Assembly (NCBI GenBank): GCA_963796455.1
Contig: CAWCLO010000003.1
Span: 192,001-256,000 of the forward strand
DNA: 64,000 bases
Reading direction: 5' to 3'
Source: Candidatus Sulfomarinibacteraceae bacterium
GTDB lineage: Bacteria > Acidobacteriota > Thermoanaerobaculia > Thermoanaerobaculales > Sulfomarinibacteraceae
Position 1 is the first letter of the stretch. Each line of letters starts with the position of its first letter. Of the stretch, positions 8,911 to 18,604 are shown piece by piece. The position numbers and the translations under genes are program-made. A model generated the notes under the pieces. The model did no database searches. It worked only from the letters and a program-made list of their open reading frames with translations, and was not told the origin of the DNA.

Positions 8911-10323
8911 TCACAGGATGAACTCCTCGGAATCTTCCATCCGAAAGTCGACCAACGCCGTCTTCTGCTCCGGGTCCAACCCGACGCCTCCGTACTGTCG
9001 TTCGACTTCCAGAGCCAACTTGCGATTGATCAGATCGAGATGGATGTCGGCGGGACAAACCCGCGCACACTCATCACAACCGGAACATCTGCCCGCCAGA
9101 TGGACGGCTCGAATGATGTTCCAACTGCTGTTGCCCCGGCTGTCGATGGATGTGGGGACCCACTGTGGGCGGTGTTTTTCACTGATGCAGGAGGAGCAGT
9201 AACACATCGGGCATGCCGCGCGACAGGCATAACACCGCAGGCACCGGGCAAACTGCCGCTGCCAATAGGCCCACCGTTCGTTGTGCGGCAGGGTCTCGAG
9301 ATAGGCGATCTGCTCATCGCGCGCGTCCGGGAGATCGAAGGTTGCGTCATCCGGATCGACACAACTCTCTCGAACACCATCCACACTCACCACCAGATCG
9401 CAGATCGGGTGCGGCTCGCCGGAGCACGAAAGGCACTTGCCCGCCAACCCATCGTCCTCTCGAACACCCGGACACTGGACACCGATCAACCGCAACCGGT
9501 CGCGCTCGATCTGGCCCTCGCGAATGAGACCGCTGACTGCACCCAGATCGCAGGTCTTGACGACCACCGCAACGCGTTTGTGGTCCTCCATCGCGTTTTT
9601 GACATAGGCGCTGAGGTTGTTGCGGCAGTTGTCGTCCCATACGAGTCCGTCGCACTCGGCGACATCGGTCAGCAGCACCGGCACCGTGGTGCCGGGCAAA
9701 GATCCCGCGCCATAACCGATGACGACGTCCGCACGCTCCGTGCTCAGCAGATCGGCGGCGGCGCGGCGCAAATGGGTGCGGAGCGCGGCCATCTGTTCAT
9801 CGGAATACTCTTGCGGACCATCGCCGCTGACCTCGGGAAGCTCGATACCATCCCACCCCTCGGGACCACCGAAAGAGGGCAGAGGCCCCGCTTCCTGGAC
9901 CTTGGCGGTGACATCCGAAACGACCTTGGCCCACTTGTGGCCTTCGGCCGCCGACACCCAAGCAAAGTGGAGGCGATTGAGGTCGATGCCAATGAAATCC
10001 ATCAAGGACCTGAAGATCGTGAAACGGCGGCGCGCCACGAGATTTCCCTGCACGTAATGACAGTCTCCCGGGTGACAACCCGAGACCAGCACGCCGTCAG
10101 CGCCCTGTTCAAAAGCACGCAGGATCATCAATGGGCTCATCCGACCGGTGCACGGAAAACGAACCATCCGCACGTTCGCCGGGTATTCCAGTCGGGTGGT
10201 GCCGGCCATATCGGCGCCGGCATAGCTGCACCAGTTACAGACCAGCGCGACGATATGGGGCTTCCAACCTTCGGGAATCGTTTCGCTTCCGCTTCGAGCA
10301 ACACTCGTATTGGCTTCGGTCAT
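8911..10323 (-). CDS. MvhD/FlxD domain fused to FlxC-like 4Fe-4S domain
   Basis: N-terminal CNWCSYAGAD, FPCTGR and GCHPGDCHY (MvhD family). C-terminal CLRCYACRAACPMCYC and AGRCSGCDECARVCP. ATG at 10323 overlaps the hdrA stop. Confidence 0.88.
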   Translation of the reverse strand: MTEANTSVARSGSETIPEGWKPHIVALVCNWCSYAGADMAGTTRLEYPANVRMVRFPCTGRMSPLMILRAFEQGADGVLVSGCHPGDCHYVQGNLVARRRFTIFRSLMDFIGIDLNRLHFAWVSAAEGHKWAKVVSDVTAKVQEAGPLPSFGGPEGWDGIELPEVSGDGPQEYSDEQMAALRTHLRRAAADLLSTERADVVIGYGAGSLPGTTVPVLLTDVAECDGLVWDDNCRNNLSAYVKNAMEDHKRVAVVVKTCDLGAVSGLIREGQIERDRLRLIGVQCPGVREDDGLAGKCLSCSGEPHPICDLVVSVDGVRESCVDPDDATFDLPDARDEQIAYLETLPHNERWAYWQRQFARCLRCYACRAACPMCYCSSCISEKHRPQWVPTSIDSRGNSSWNIIRAVHLAGRCSGCDECARVCPADIHLDLINRKLALEVERQYGGVGLDPEQKTALVDFRMEDSEEFIL

Positions 10324-12335
10324 CGTCCGAATACCTCCGGCGACCGGCCCAGGGCCCCGAGTTGGGCAAAGACCTGTTCGTCGCTGTAGCCCTCGAGATC
10401 GATATAGCCTCCACGGCAGGTCACGGTGCAGACGCCGCAGCCCTCGCACACGGCCGGGTTGGGCGCCGCCACCTCACGCCGAACTTCTCCCTGCGCATCG
10501 AGCAACTGCTTGGGTTCGATGGCACCGTAGGGACACACCGCCAGGCACTCGAAACACCCCGCACATGCCGCCTCGTTGACGTGTGCGGTCGACGGATCCC
10601 GTTCGAGCACATCGCGGGACAACATTTCCATGCTCTTGGAGGCGGCAGCGGAAGCTTGTGAGACGGTCTCCGGGATGTCCTTCGGCGCCTGCGCGGTGCC
10701 GGCGAGAAAGATCCCGGCAGTCAGAGTCTCGACCGGCCTCAGCTTGGGGTGGGCCTCCTTGAAAAAGCCGTGGGTGTCCGACGCGATCCGCAGCTTGCCG
10801 GCAATTTCGCCGCGGTCGGCAGGCTCCATCGCGGTGGCGAGGACCACCATGTCGGCGTCGATCTCGAGCTGCCGGCCTGACAAGGTGTCGACGCCACGGA
10901 CCTTGAGCTTGCCGTTCTCCTTTGTGATCCGGGAGGGACGGCCGCGGATATACATCACCCGTTCCTCCTCCATCGCCCGGTGGACAAATTCTTCGTAACC
11001 CTTGCCGCCCGCCCGGATGTCCATATAGAAGATGTAGGCGCGCGAATCGGGCACCTTGTGGCGCAGCAGCAGCGCATGTTTGGCGGTATACATGCAGCAG
11101 ATCTTCGAGCAGTATGAAACGCCGTGTTCCGGGTTGCGGGAGCCCACGCACTGGATGAAGACCACATCCTTCGGGGTTTTGCCGTCGGAAGGTCTCCGCA
11201 CCTCGCCCTCGGTCGGGCCCGAGGCCGAAAGCATACGCTCGAACTCGAGACCGTCCATGACATCGACGTGCTCTCCGTAGCCGCATTCCTGAGCCTGTTC
11301 ACCGAGCTGCATGTCGTATCCGGTGGCGGCGACGATGATGCCGATCTCGCGTTCGACGATCTCCGGTTTCATGTCGAAATCGATGCACTGGGGTTTGCAG
11401 ACCGAATCGCACTTGTTGCAGGCGAGGACCCGGAATCCGGTCGGTGAATCGAGGTTGGCGTTGAGGCACCGGTCGCCATCGAGGGTGTAGGTCGATGGAA
11501 CCGCCTGTGGGAAGGGGATGTAGATCGCCTTGCGGCTCGACAGACCCATGTCGAACTCGTTGCTGCCCGGTTGCGGGCAGACCTCGGCACAGTCGCCACA
11601 GGCCGTGCAGTCTTCCGCGACCACAAAACTCGGTTTGCGGCGGATGCGGGCCTTGAAGTTCCCGACATAGCCCGACACGCTTTCGACCTCCGAATAGGTC
11701 AGGAGCTCGATATTGGGGTGCCTCGAGACCTGGACCATGAGCGGTGTCAGGATGCACTGCGAGCAATCGAGGGTCGGAAAGGTCTCCGAGAGCTTCGACA
11801 TATTGCCGCCGAGGGACGCCTGCCGCTCGACCAGCACCACCTGATGGCCGGCGTTGGCGATATCGAGGGCCGATCGGATGCCGGCGACACCGCCTCCGAT
11901 GACCAGGGCCCTTTTTGTGACTGGAACCTCGACCGGATCGAGCGGCTTCGAACGCTTGACCCTCTCGACCGCGGCGGTAATGGTCTGGCAGGCTTTGGCG
12001 CTGGCATCGGCCTTGTCGTGGTGGACCCACGAACAATGCTCACGGATATTGGCGATCTCCACCAGGTGGGGGTTGAGACCCGCCTGCGCTGCGGCTGCTC
12101 TGAAGGTTGGTTCGTGGAGTTGCGGCGAGCATGCAGCAATTACCACCCGGTCGAGACCGTTTTCCTTGATGGCATCGATCACCATCTGTTGCCCGGGCGC
12201 CGAGCAGAGATAGGGATAATCCTCCGTGACCGAAGCACCGGGAATCTCGGAGGCGAAGTTCACCACGTCCTTCACCTGGACGGTGCGAGCGATATTTTCG
12301 CCGCAGTGACATACAAAGACGCCGACCTTTGCCAT
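10320..12335 (-). CDS. hdrA: Heterodisulfide reductase subunit A family flavoprotein
   Basis: GVFVCHCG, CSPQLHEPTF, NIREHCSWVH, IGGGVAG, FPTLDCSQC, QCVGSR, YCSKICC and two ferredoxin domains. Confidence 0.95.
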   Translation of the reverse strand: MAKVGVFVCHCGENIARTVQVKDVVNFASEIPGASVTEDYPYLCSAPGQQMVIDAIKENGLDRVVIAACSPQLHEPTFRAAAAQAGLNPHLVEIANIREHCSWVHHDKADASAKACQTITAAVERVKRSKPLDPVEVPVTKRALVIGGGVAGIRSALDIANAGHQVVLVERQASLGGNMSKLSETFPTLDCSQCILTPLMVQVSRHPNIELLTYSEVESVSGYVGNFKARIRRKPSFVVAEDCTACGDCAEVCPQPGSNEFDMGLSSRKAIYIPFPQAVPSTYTLDGDRCLNANLDSPTGFRVLACNKCDSVCKPQCIDFDMKPEIVEREIGIIVAATGYDMQLGEQAQECGYGEHVDVMDGLEFERMLSASGPTEGEVRRPSDGKTPKDVVFIQCVGSRNPEHGVSYCSKICCMYTAKHALLLRHKVPDSRAYIFYMDIRAGGKGYEEFVHRAMEEERVMYIRGRPSRITKENGKLKVRGVDTLSGRQLEIDADMVVLATAMEPADRGEIAGKLRIASDTHGFFKEAHPKLRPVETLTAGIFLAGTAQAPKDIPETVSQASAAASKSMEMLSRDVLERDPSTAHVNEAACAGCFECLAVCPYGAIEPKQLLDAQGEVRREVAAPNPAVCEGCGVCTVTCRGGYIDLEGYSDEQVFAQLGALGRSPEVFGR

Positions 12336-12336
12336 A

Positions 12337-12924
12337 TCAGCTCCCTACCGGCGCGGCTGCCTCCGCAGTTTTGGCCTTGCTGCCATAACTCTCACGAAAG
12401 GCGGCACAGCCCGCATCGAAGGCGCGAAGATTGAGCTCTTCGGTGCCTTTTGGAACCGACTCCTCCACCGCCTTCCGCATGATTTCGACTGCTACGATTT
12501 CGGTTGCGGCGGCAAAGAAACCCAGCATGACGATGTTCTGTACGATCGACCGGCCGATCTCCTCAGCGATTCGGGTCGAGGAGACCCCAAAGGAGTTCTG
12601 ACCTTCTTTCGCTTCGATCGAAACCAGGTCTTTCTCATAGACCAGGGTGCCCTCGTCCTTGAGTTCGTCGCGGTATTTCTCGTAGCCCTCGGCTGACATG
12701 ACGACAAAAATGTCGGGACGGCTGATATAGGGGTAGAGCACCTCGGTGTCGGAGACCGCAAGGGTCGTCGAGCACGCCGAGCCACGGGCTTCGGGCCCAA
12801 AGCTCTGAATCATGGTTGCGTGCTTGCCACCGTTGACCGCACAGGCGTGACCGATGATGTGGCCGGCCAGCACCACGCCCTGGCCGCCGAACCCGGTGAT
12901 CCGGATCTCGGTACGGTTACTCAT
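12337..12924 (-). CDS. 2-oxoacid:ferredoxin oxidoreductase gamma subunit
   Basis: ITGFGGQGVVLAG, SFGPEARG and NIVMLG. Confidence 0.92.
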   Translation of the reverse strand: MSNRTEIRITGFGGQGVVLAGHIIGHACAVNGGKHATMIQSFGPEARGSACSTTLAVSDTEVLYPYISRPDIFVVMSAEGYEKYRDELKDEGTLVYEKDLVSIEAKEGQNSFGVSSTRIAEEIGRSIVQNIVMLGFFAAATEIVAVEIMRKAVEESVPKGTEELNLRAFDAGCAAFRESYGSKAKTAEAAAPVGS

Positions 12925-13807
12925 GGAGCCACCCCCCCTCGTCGGGCATGGGCACATAGCGGTCGCCCAGGATCTCCGTGTAATGGGAATGCATCATTTC
13001 GAGAAAGGTCGGTCGTTCTTCGTCGACGAAATCACCGCAGATGAAATGATCCTGATAACCGATGTCGAGCTCGCGGGTGTCGGCGCCGTGCCGGATCTCC
13101 GAGTTGTCGTGGTAGAACTTGATCAGATCGAGCCCGCTTCCCAATCGGTTGAGGCGCGAGTAGAGGGTCGGACAGGGTGCGATGACCTCGATAAAACGAA
13201 AACCCTTTCGCCCGAGGGCGGTGCGGATGGTTTTTGTCAGCCGCCGGATGTGGAGGCACGTCCATCGGGAGACAAAGGTCGCGCCGCAACTGGCCGCCAG
13301 GTGCGGCAGATTGAAGGGCCTTTCGAAGTTGCCAAATGGCATCGTCGACGAGCGGGCGGTGGCGGGGGTCGTGGGTGCATTCTGACCGCCGGTCATGCCG
13401 TAGATGAAGTTGTTGACGAGGATGACCAGCATGTCCATGTTGCGACGGGCGGCATGGATGAAGTGATTGCCGCCGATGCCTGTGAGGTCACCGTCACCGG
13501 AGAAGACCACACACTCGAGTTCCGGTCGCCCGAGCTTGAGACCGGTGGCGAAGGGGATCGCACGGCCGTGAGTGGCGTGGAAGGCATCCAGATTCATATA
13601 ACCCGCCACACGTCCCGTGCAGCCGATGCCGGAGGTGATGGCGACCTTGTCGAGATCTACCTTGGCCTCGTCGAGTGCGGTCGCAAAGCACTTGACGACA
13701 GTTCCGATGCCACAGGTCGGACACCAGATGTGGGGCATCCGATCCATGCGAAGAAAGGGCGCAATCGGGTGTTGGAGGGCGAGTGTTGCGTCGGATTGTG
13801 TGCTCAT
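12917..13807 (-). CDS. 2-oxoacid:ferredoxin oxidoreductase beta subunit (TPP-binding)
   Basis: WCPTCG, SGIGCTGR and GDGD...NNFIYGMTGGQ. ATGA overlap with the alpha subunit. Confidence 0.92.
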   Translation of the reverse strand: MSTQSDATLALQHPIAPFLRMDRMPHIWCPTCGIGTVVKCFATALDEAKVDLDKVAITSGIGCTGRVAGYMNLDAFHATHGRAIPFATGLKLGRPELECVVFSGDGDLTGIGGNHFIHAARRNMDMLVILVNNFIYGMTGGQNAPTTPATARSSTMPFGNFERPFNLPHLAASCGATFVSRWTCLHIRRLTKTIRTALGRKGFRFIEVIAPCPTLYSRLNRLGSGLDLIKFYHDNSEIRHGADTRELDIGYQDHFICGDFVDEERPTFLEMMHSHYTEILGDRYVPMPDEGGWLHE

Positions 13808-14961
13808 TTGGCGGCCTCCACAATGGCTTTGCAGATATCGGCCGGGTCGTGCACGTTGCCGCCCCCATGGGGCACCAGCGTCGTTGTTGCTTTCCCTGCC
13901 GCGCAACGCTCCAACTCGAGCACCATCTGACCGTAGTTGATCTCCGGCATGACGAAGGCCTTGACCTGATCGGCCAACTCACGAATCCGGTTCTCGGGGA
14001 AAGGCCAGACCACGATCAGCCGCATGAAGCCGACCTTGATGCCCTTGGCACGGGCCATATCGATTCCTGCCCGGGTCACCCGCGCGGTGATGCCGTAGGC
14101 AACCACCACCACATCGGCGCCCTCGATGTCCTCTTCCTCGTAGCGCACGATCTGGTCAGCGTTGAGGCGGATCTTGTCGATCAGCCGTTTGACGCTCACC
14201 GATTGGCAGGCGACCGACATCTCCGGGTAGCCTCGTTCGTCGTGGGTCAGACCGGTGGTGTGGAAGCGGTGGCCGTCACCGGCCCGGCACATCTCCGGCA
14301 CCGGTTTGCCGTTGACCTCGTACGGTTTGTATTCACCCGGTTTCTTGTCGGTCAGAGTGCGCGGCACGATCTCGATTTCGTCTGCCGGCGGGATCACGAC
14401 CTTTTCGGTCATGTGGCCGACGCACTCGTCCATCATGAACATCACCGGCACCCGCCAGGTCTCTGAAAGATTGAACGCATCGATGGTGAGATCGAAGGCC
14501 TCCTGCGGCGACTGCGGACAGAGGGCTATCAGCTCATAGTCACCGTGTGAGCCCCACCTCGCCTGCATCATGTCGGCCTGTCCCACCATCGTCGGCAAAC
14601 CGGTGGATGGACCACCGCGTTGTACGTTGACCACCACGCAGGGCGCCTCCATCATCGTCGCGAGGCCGATGTTTTCCATCATCAGAGAAAAACCGGGGCC
14701 CGAGGTGACCGTCATGCACTTCGAACCGGTCCAGGCGCCGCCGGCGACCGCTGCCATCGACGCCAGCTCGTCCTCCATCTGGATAAAGGTCCCGCCCATC
14801 ATCGGAAATCGTTGAGAAATGCGCTCGACCACCTCGGTGGACGGCGTGATCGGATAGCCGGCCACAAAGCGGCAACCAGCAGCCATGGCGCCTTCGCCAC
14901 AGGCGTAGTCACCGTCGAGGTAATGCGCACCAGTCAGCACGCCAGCTGGATCAGCTTTCAA
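13804..14961 (-). CDS. 2-oxoacid:ferredoxin oxidoreductase alpha subunit
   Basis: AGYPITPSTE, QMEDE, TSGPGFSLM and QRGGPSTGLPT. TTG start overlaps the delta-subunit stop. Confidence 0.92.
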   Translation of the reverse strand: MKADPAGVLTGAHYLDGDYACGEGAMAAGCRFVAGYPITPSTEVVERISQRFPMMGGTFIQMEDELASMAAVAGGAWTGSKCMTVTSGPGFSLMMENIGLATMMEAPCVVVNVQRGGPSTGLPTMVGQADMMQARWGSHGDYELIALCPQSPQEAFDLTIDAFNLSETWRVPVMFMMDECVGHMTEKVVIPPADEIEIVPRTLTDKKPGEYKPYEVNGKPVPEMCRAGDGHRFHTTGLTHDERGYPEMSVACQSVSVKRLIDKIRLNADQIVRYEEEDIEGADVVVVAYGITARVTRAGIDMARAKGIKVGFMRLIVVWPFPENRIRELADQVKAFVMPEINYGQMVLELERCAAGKATTTLVPHGGGNVHDPADICKAIVEAAK

Positions 14962-15248
14962 TTGGGACCTCCCTCGTCCGCCCCCTCCACCTCTCCTGCC
15001 GGGACGCAGAAAATGGCAAAATCGGGACAGATCATCTCGCAGAGATTGCAGTTCACACATTGACCGTCTTGCAGGACCTCGGGCGGGTGGTAGCCCTTGC
15101 GGTTGAAGCTCTCGGACATGGCCAGCACATCCTTGGGACAGTACTCGACACAGAAAGCACAGCCCTTACACCGGTCGGCGATGACGACCACTCGCCCAAC
15201 CGGAACCTTGACCTTGTCGGCGTCAAGCGGTGTTCTCCAGTTCCTCAT
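14958..15248 (-). CDS. 2-oxoacid:ferredoxin oxidoreductase delta subunit (2x 4Fe-4S ferredoxin)
   Basis: CKGCAFCVEYCP and CVNCNLCEMICPDFAI. GGAGGA RBS before ATG 15248. Confidence 0.9.
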   Translation of the reverse strand: MRNWRTPLDADKVKVPVGRVVVIADRCKGCAFCVEYCPKDVLAMSESFNRKGYHPPEVLQDGQCVNCNLCEMICPDFAIFCVPAGEVEGADEGGPN

Positions 15249-15262
15249 CAAGTCCTCCACAC

Positions 15263-15373
15263 CCGAATTTCGGATTTCGGATTTCCGATTTCGGATTTGG
15301 CGTCTGCGGTTCTACCGAATCTCTTATCGAACAGAGAAGAAACCCAAAATCCAAAATCCAAAACTCGCAATTT
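15263..15373. repeat. Inverted pair of heptamer arrays (ATTTCGG ... AAATCCA)
   Basis: Period-7 array at about 15265-15300 and complementary array at about 15341-15373, between marR and the delta subunit. Confidence 0.8.
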
Positions 15374-15378
15374 CACTC

Positions 15379-15999
15379 CTATGCCTCCACGCCGTCTTCA
15401 CCGATACGCGGCCTCATCGCACACTCTCCCTGGAACTTTTCAAACGGGCAGTCCGCCCGGTAATAGCCGGCACAACGGAGACAGATCTCGCGAGGGTGCT
15501 CTGCCCGCTCGAGCATCCCGCCGCAGATCTCTTCGAGAAGGTCGCAGAGATCCTCCGTCTTTTTTGTTCCCAGCGATTCAATCACCGGTTTGAGATGCGC
15601 CGCCTTGAGGCTTTCGTACTTTCGGACCAGTTCCTTCCCCGGGGCACTGGCACGCAGCAAGATCACCCTCCGATCCTGTTCTGAGGACTCGCGATAAACC
15701 AGACCGAGTTGCTCCAGTCTGTCGAGGTTCTTGCTGCTGGCCGCGGGAGACACTCCGAGCGCCCGGGCGAGCTCACCAACATGAAGATCCGATTTGGCGG
15801 ATATGAGTTTCAGAAAACAAAACTGCGATCGGGTGAGACGGTGCGGACGCACCTGGTGCAGAAAATCTTCTTCGAGGAACTCGCGCAACAGTGACCTCAG
15901 AACGTGTCCGGCATGGAGAAAGCGGTGAAGGCGCTCACCCGGCACGGCCGCTTCCGCGGTTATTTCGCGGCCGTCAAAGCGTTCGTCGCCAATTGACAT
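15379..15999 (-). CDS. MarR-family regulator with C-terminal cysteine cluster
   Basis: wHTH pattern ELARALGVSPAASSKNLDRLEQLGLVYR..DRR. C-terminal CLRC-x7-C-x7-C. Confidence 0.85.
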   Translation of the reverse strand: MSIGDERFDGREITAEAAVPGERLHRFLHAGHVLRSLLREFLEEDFLHQVRPHRLTRSQFCFLKLISAKSDLHVGELARALGVSPAASSKNLDRLEQLGLVYRESSEQDRRVILLRASAPGKELVRKYESLKAAHLKPVIESLGTKKTEDLCDLLEEICGGMLERAEHPREICLRCAGYYRADCPFEKFQGECAMRPRIGEDGVEA

Positions 16000-16059
16000 A
16001 TTTAACTCAGCGAATATTTTCCGCCGTTAACAATTTAGTGCGTCAAATACAGACGTCAA
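15999..16059 (-). promoter_or_regulatory. Candidate sigma70 promoter and two 18-bp imperfect palindromes (possible MarR operators)
   Basis: Minus strand TTGACG (16059-16054)-N16-TAAATT (16037-16032). Boxes TATTTAACTCAGCGAATA (15999-16016) and AATTTAGTGCGTCAAATA (16032-16049). Confidence 0.5.
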
Positions 16060-16245
16060 GCTTATTACCTCATTCTTGTATGAGATTGAGATTGTCCATC
16101 GGCAATTTCTGTGGCGATCCTCCGGCCCGCTGTCCCGATTTTTGGCCGATTCGTTCTTGCAACACGGGCAATCACAGGCCGCCGGTAGGATATGCTCGGT
16201 GGCCGCACGGTCAACATTTATCGCCGCAGCCGTTTGGGAGGCTCC

Positions 16246-17634
16246 ATGCAGTTGTATTCGAAGAGGTCGCGCAGACTCCCCACCATCCTGGTGGTGTTGC
16301 TGGTCGCAGCAGCGGCGGTCATCCTGTGGTTCGGGCTGCGAGTCGGGCCCAAGCCCACCATCAGCCTCGATACCGACTGGCCGGCCATTGGTTCCGCCAC
16401 GGTTGTTACGGCCTCTTTTGCCGAACCGTCTCAGGGCCTCGGCGTCATTCGGCTCGAACTCCAACAGGGCGAACGGACGGAAGCGCTCAACACTCTGACT
16501 TTTGCCCCCGGTTCGCCTCTTCCGGCCATGCTTCGCGGCGGCGGCGGGGTCGCAGACGCCAAGCTCGAGGCCGTCGTCGGCACCGACAGCATGCCCTGGC
16601 TCGAAGAGGGCGAGGCGGTGCTGCGGGCGACCGGCACGCGAACGGCGGGCTTTCTTCGTCGGCCGCAACCGACAATAGTCGAACAAAAACTTTTTGTGCG
16701 ACGACGCCCGCCACGTCTTGAACTGGTCTCTTCTCAGCACTACGCCCGCCAGGGGGGCAGCGGCGCTGTGGTCTACAGGGTCGGCGACACGGTCCTTCGG
16801 TCCGGAGTCCGAGCGGGCGTCTTCGAGGCCACCGGCTTCCCGCTCGAGGGCGGTGGAGCGGGCGATCGCTTTGTGCTGTACGCCATTCCGTGGGACCTGG
16901 ACGACGCCTCCGAGATACGGCTTTTCGCCGAAGACGACGCCGGCAACCGCAACGAACAACCGTTTCTCGATATCCTCAAGACCATGCCGCCCAGGACCGA
17001 CACCATCCAGGTGAGCGATGACTTTCTCGCTCGGGTGGTTCCTGCGATCGCCAGCCGGACAACTGACTTTGACGCGTCGGGATCGCTCATTGACCAGTAC
17101 CTCACGATCAACGGCGAACTACGGGCCAAAGAACTGGCACGGGTCGCCGAACTCGCGGCTCGGAGCCAGCCGGCATTTCTCTGGTCGAGCCCGTTCGTCC
17201 AGATGCCGAATACTGCACTGAAAGCCAATTTCGCACAGACCCGAAGCTACGTCTTTGACGGCGAGGTTGTCGACCGCCAGACTCACCTCGGGCTCGACCT
17301 CGCCTCCACGGCGCGGGCGCCGGTGCCTGCGCCCAACGCCGGTTTGGTCGTGTTCGCGGGCTGGATGACCCTCTACGGCAACGCCGTCGTCATCGACCAC
17401 GGCTACGGCCTGTTCTCGCTCTGCGGCCACATGGCTTCGATCGATGTCTCAACTGGAGACCCGGTCACCAGGGGACAGATCGTCGGCTTAAGTGGCGCCA
17501 CCGGACTTGCCGGCGGCGACCACCTCCACCTCGAGATCTTCGTTCAGGGCCAGTCGGTCGATCCCATCGAGTGGTTCGACGCCAAATGGATCCGCGACAA
17601 CCTGGCGAGCAAACTGTCAGTACCGGTCGAATAG
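16246..17634 (+). CDS. M23 family metallopeptidase with N-terminal membrane anchor
   Basis: HLGLD (HxxxD), YGNAVVIDHG and GDHLHLE motifs. GGGAGG RBS before ATG 16246. Confidence 0.9.
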   Translation: MQLYSKRSRRLPTILVVLLVAAAAVILWFGLRVGPKPTISLDTDWPAIGSATVVTASFAEPSQGLGVIRLELQQGERTEALNTLTFAPGSPLPAMLRGGGGVADAKLEAVVGTDSMPWLEEGEAVLRATGTRTAGFLRRPQPTIVEQKLFVRRRPPRLELVSSQHYARQGGSGAVVYRVGDTVLRSGVRAGVFEATGFPLEGGGAGDRFVLYAIPWDLDDASEIRLFAEDDAGNRNEQPFLDILKTMPPRTDTIQVSDDFLARVVPAIASRTTDFDASGSLIDQYLTINGELRAKELARVAELAARSQPAFLWSSPFVQMPNTALKANFAQTRSYVFDGEVVDRQTHLGLDLASTARAPVPAPNAGLVVFAGWMTLYGNAVVIDHGYGLFSLCGHMASIDVSTGDPVTRGQIVGLSGATGLAGGDHLHLEIFVQGQSVDPIEWFDAKWIRDNLASKLSVPVE

Positions 17635-17673
17635 CCGCGCCCGATTTTCGAACGCGATACCGAGAGCGAGAGC

Positions 17674-17705
17674 AAAAAAAGGCCCCCGGCGAGGCCGGGG
17701 GCTTT
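17674..17705 (-). terminator. Rho-independent terminator, possibly bidirectional
   Basis: GCCCCCGGC-GAG-GCCGGGGGC stem flanked by A7 and TTT, between convergent genes. Confidence 0.85.
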
Positions 17706-17725
17706 GTGCGATCTGGTTTTCGGAG

Positions 17726-18604
17726 TCAGATCTTGGGATAGAACTCCTTGAGCATCTCTTTGGCCGACAGCGGGGGATTCCCATCCATCGCCCGTTCCTT
17801 GATGTCTTCGACCCTTTCGGTCATGGTCGGAGCCTCGACCTCGTAGAGCACGCCACAGGTCATGACGTCCTTTTCACGGGTATAGGCGATGGCGTTTGCG
17901 CGCTTCGACGGATCGTGGTCCTCGGGGAGCTTCCGCAACATGCCCTTGAGGCGTTTGAATTCATCATCGCCGCGCCAGGTCACGCAGGGCGACATGGCGT
18001 TGAGGAAGGAGAACCCGTTGTGCTCGAGGGCCGCGGTGATCAGTTCGGTCATCCCCTTCATGTCGCCCGAGAAACCGCGTGCGACCCAACTGGCTCCAGT
18101 CGAGATCGCGAGCTCGCACGGGTCGACGGAGGGCTCCGGATTGCCCCAATAGGTCGACTTGGTTTTGTCGCCGGTAGGGGTGGTCGGCGCGACCTGGCCC
18201 TTGGTGAGCCCGTAGATTTCGTTGTCCATCAGGATGTAGGTGACATCGAGGTTGCGGCGGCAGGCGTGGATCAGGTGGTTGCCGCCGATCGCGAGCCCGT
18301 CGCCGTCACCGCCGACCGCGATCACGGTCAACTCGGGACGGGCCATCTTGACGCCGGTGGCAAGGGTCAACGCACGCCCGTGGACGCCGTTGAAGCCGTA
18401 TGTCGTGACATAACCCGGTAGCCGCGAAGAGCAGCCGATACCGGAGAGGATCACGGTGTTCCACGGTTCAATCTGGAGTTTTGCCATCGAGCGATAAAGC
18501 GCATTCAATACGCCGAAGTCTCCACATCCCGGACACCAGACCGGTTTGAGGTCGGTCTTGTAGGCACCCGGTTTCAACTCGACCTTGGTGTGTGCGGAGC
18601 TCAT
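17726..18604 (-). CDS. 2-oxoacid:ferredoxin oxidoreductase beta subunit (KorB-like)
   Basis: WCPGCGDFG, SGIGCSSR and GGDGD...DNEIYGLTKGQ. Confidence 0.93.
   Translation of the reverse strand: MSSAHTKVELKPGAYKTDLKPVWCPGCGDFGVLNALYRSMAKLQIEPWNTVILSGIGCSSRLPGYVTTYGFNGVHGRALTLATGVKMARPELTVIAVGGDGDGLAIGGNHLIHACRRNLDVTYILMDNEIYGLTKGQVAPTTPTGDKTKSTYWGNPEPSVDPCELAISTGASWVARGFSGDMKGMTELITAALEHNGFSFLNAMSPCVTWRGDDEFKRLKGMLRKLPEDHDPSKRANAIAYTREKDVMTCGVLYEVEAPTMTERVEDIKERAMDGNPPLSAKEMLKEFYPKI

Noticed and set aside
8911..12335. Selenocysteine in HdrA or MvhD
   Set aside because: The positions that can be Sec in these families are Cys codons here (CNWCSY, GCHPGDCHY, EHCSWVH, LDCSQC), and the ORFs are uninterrupted.
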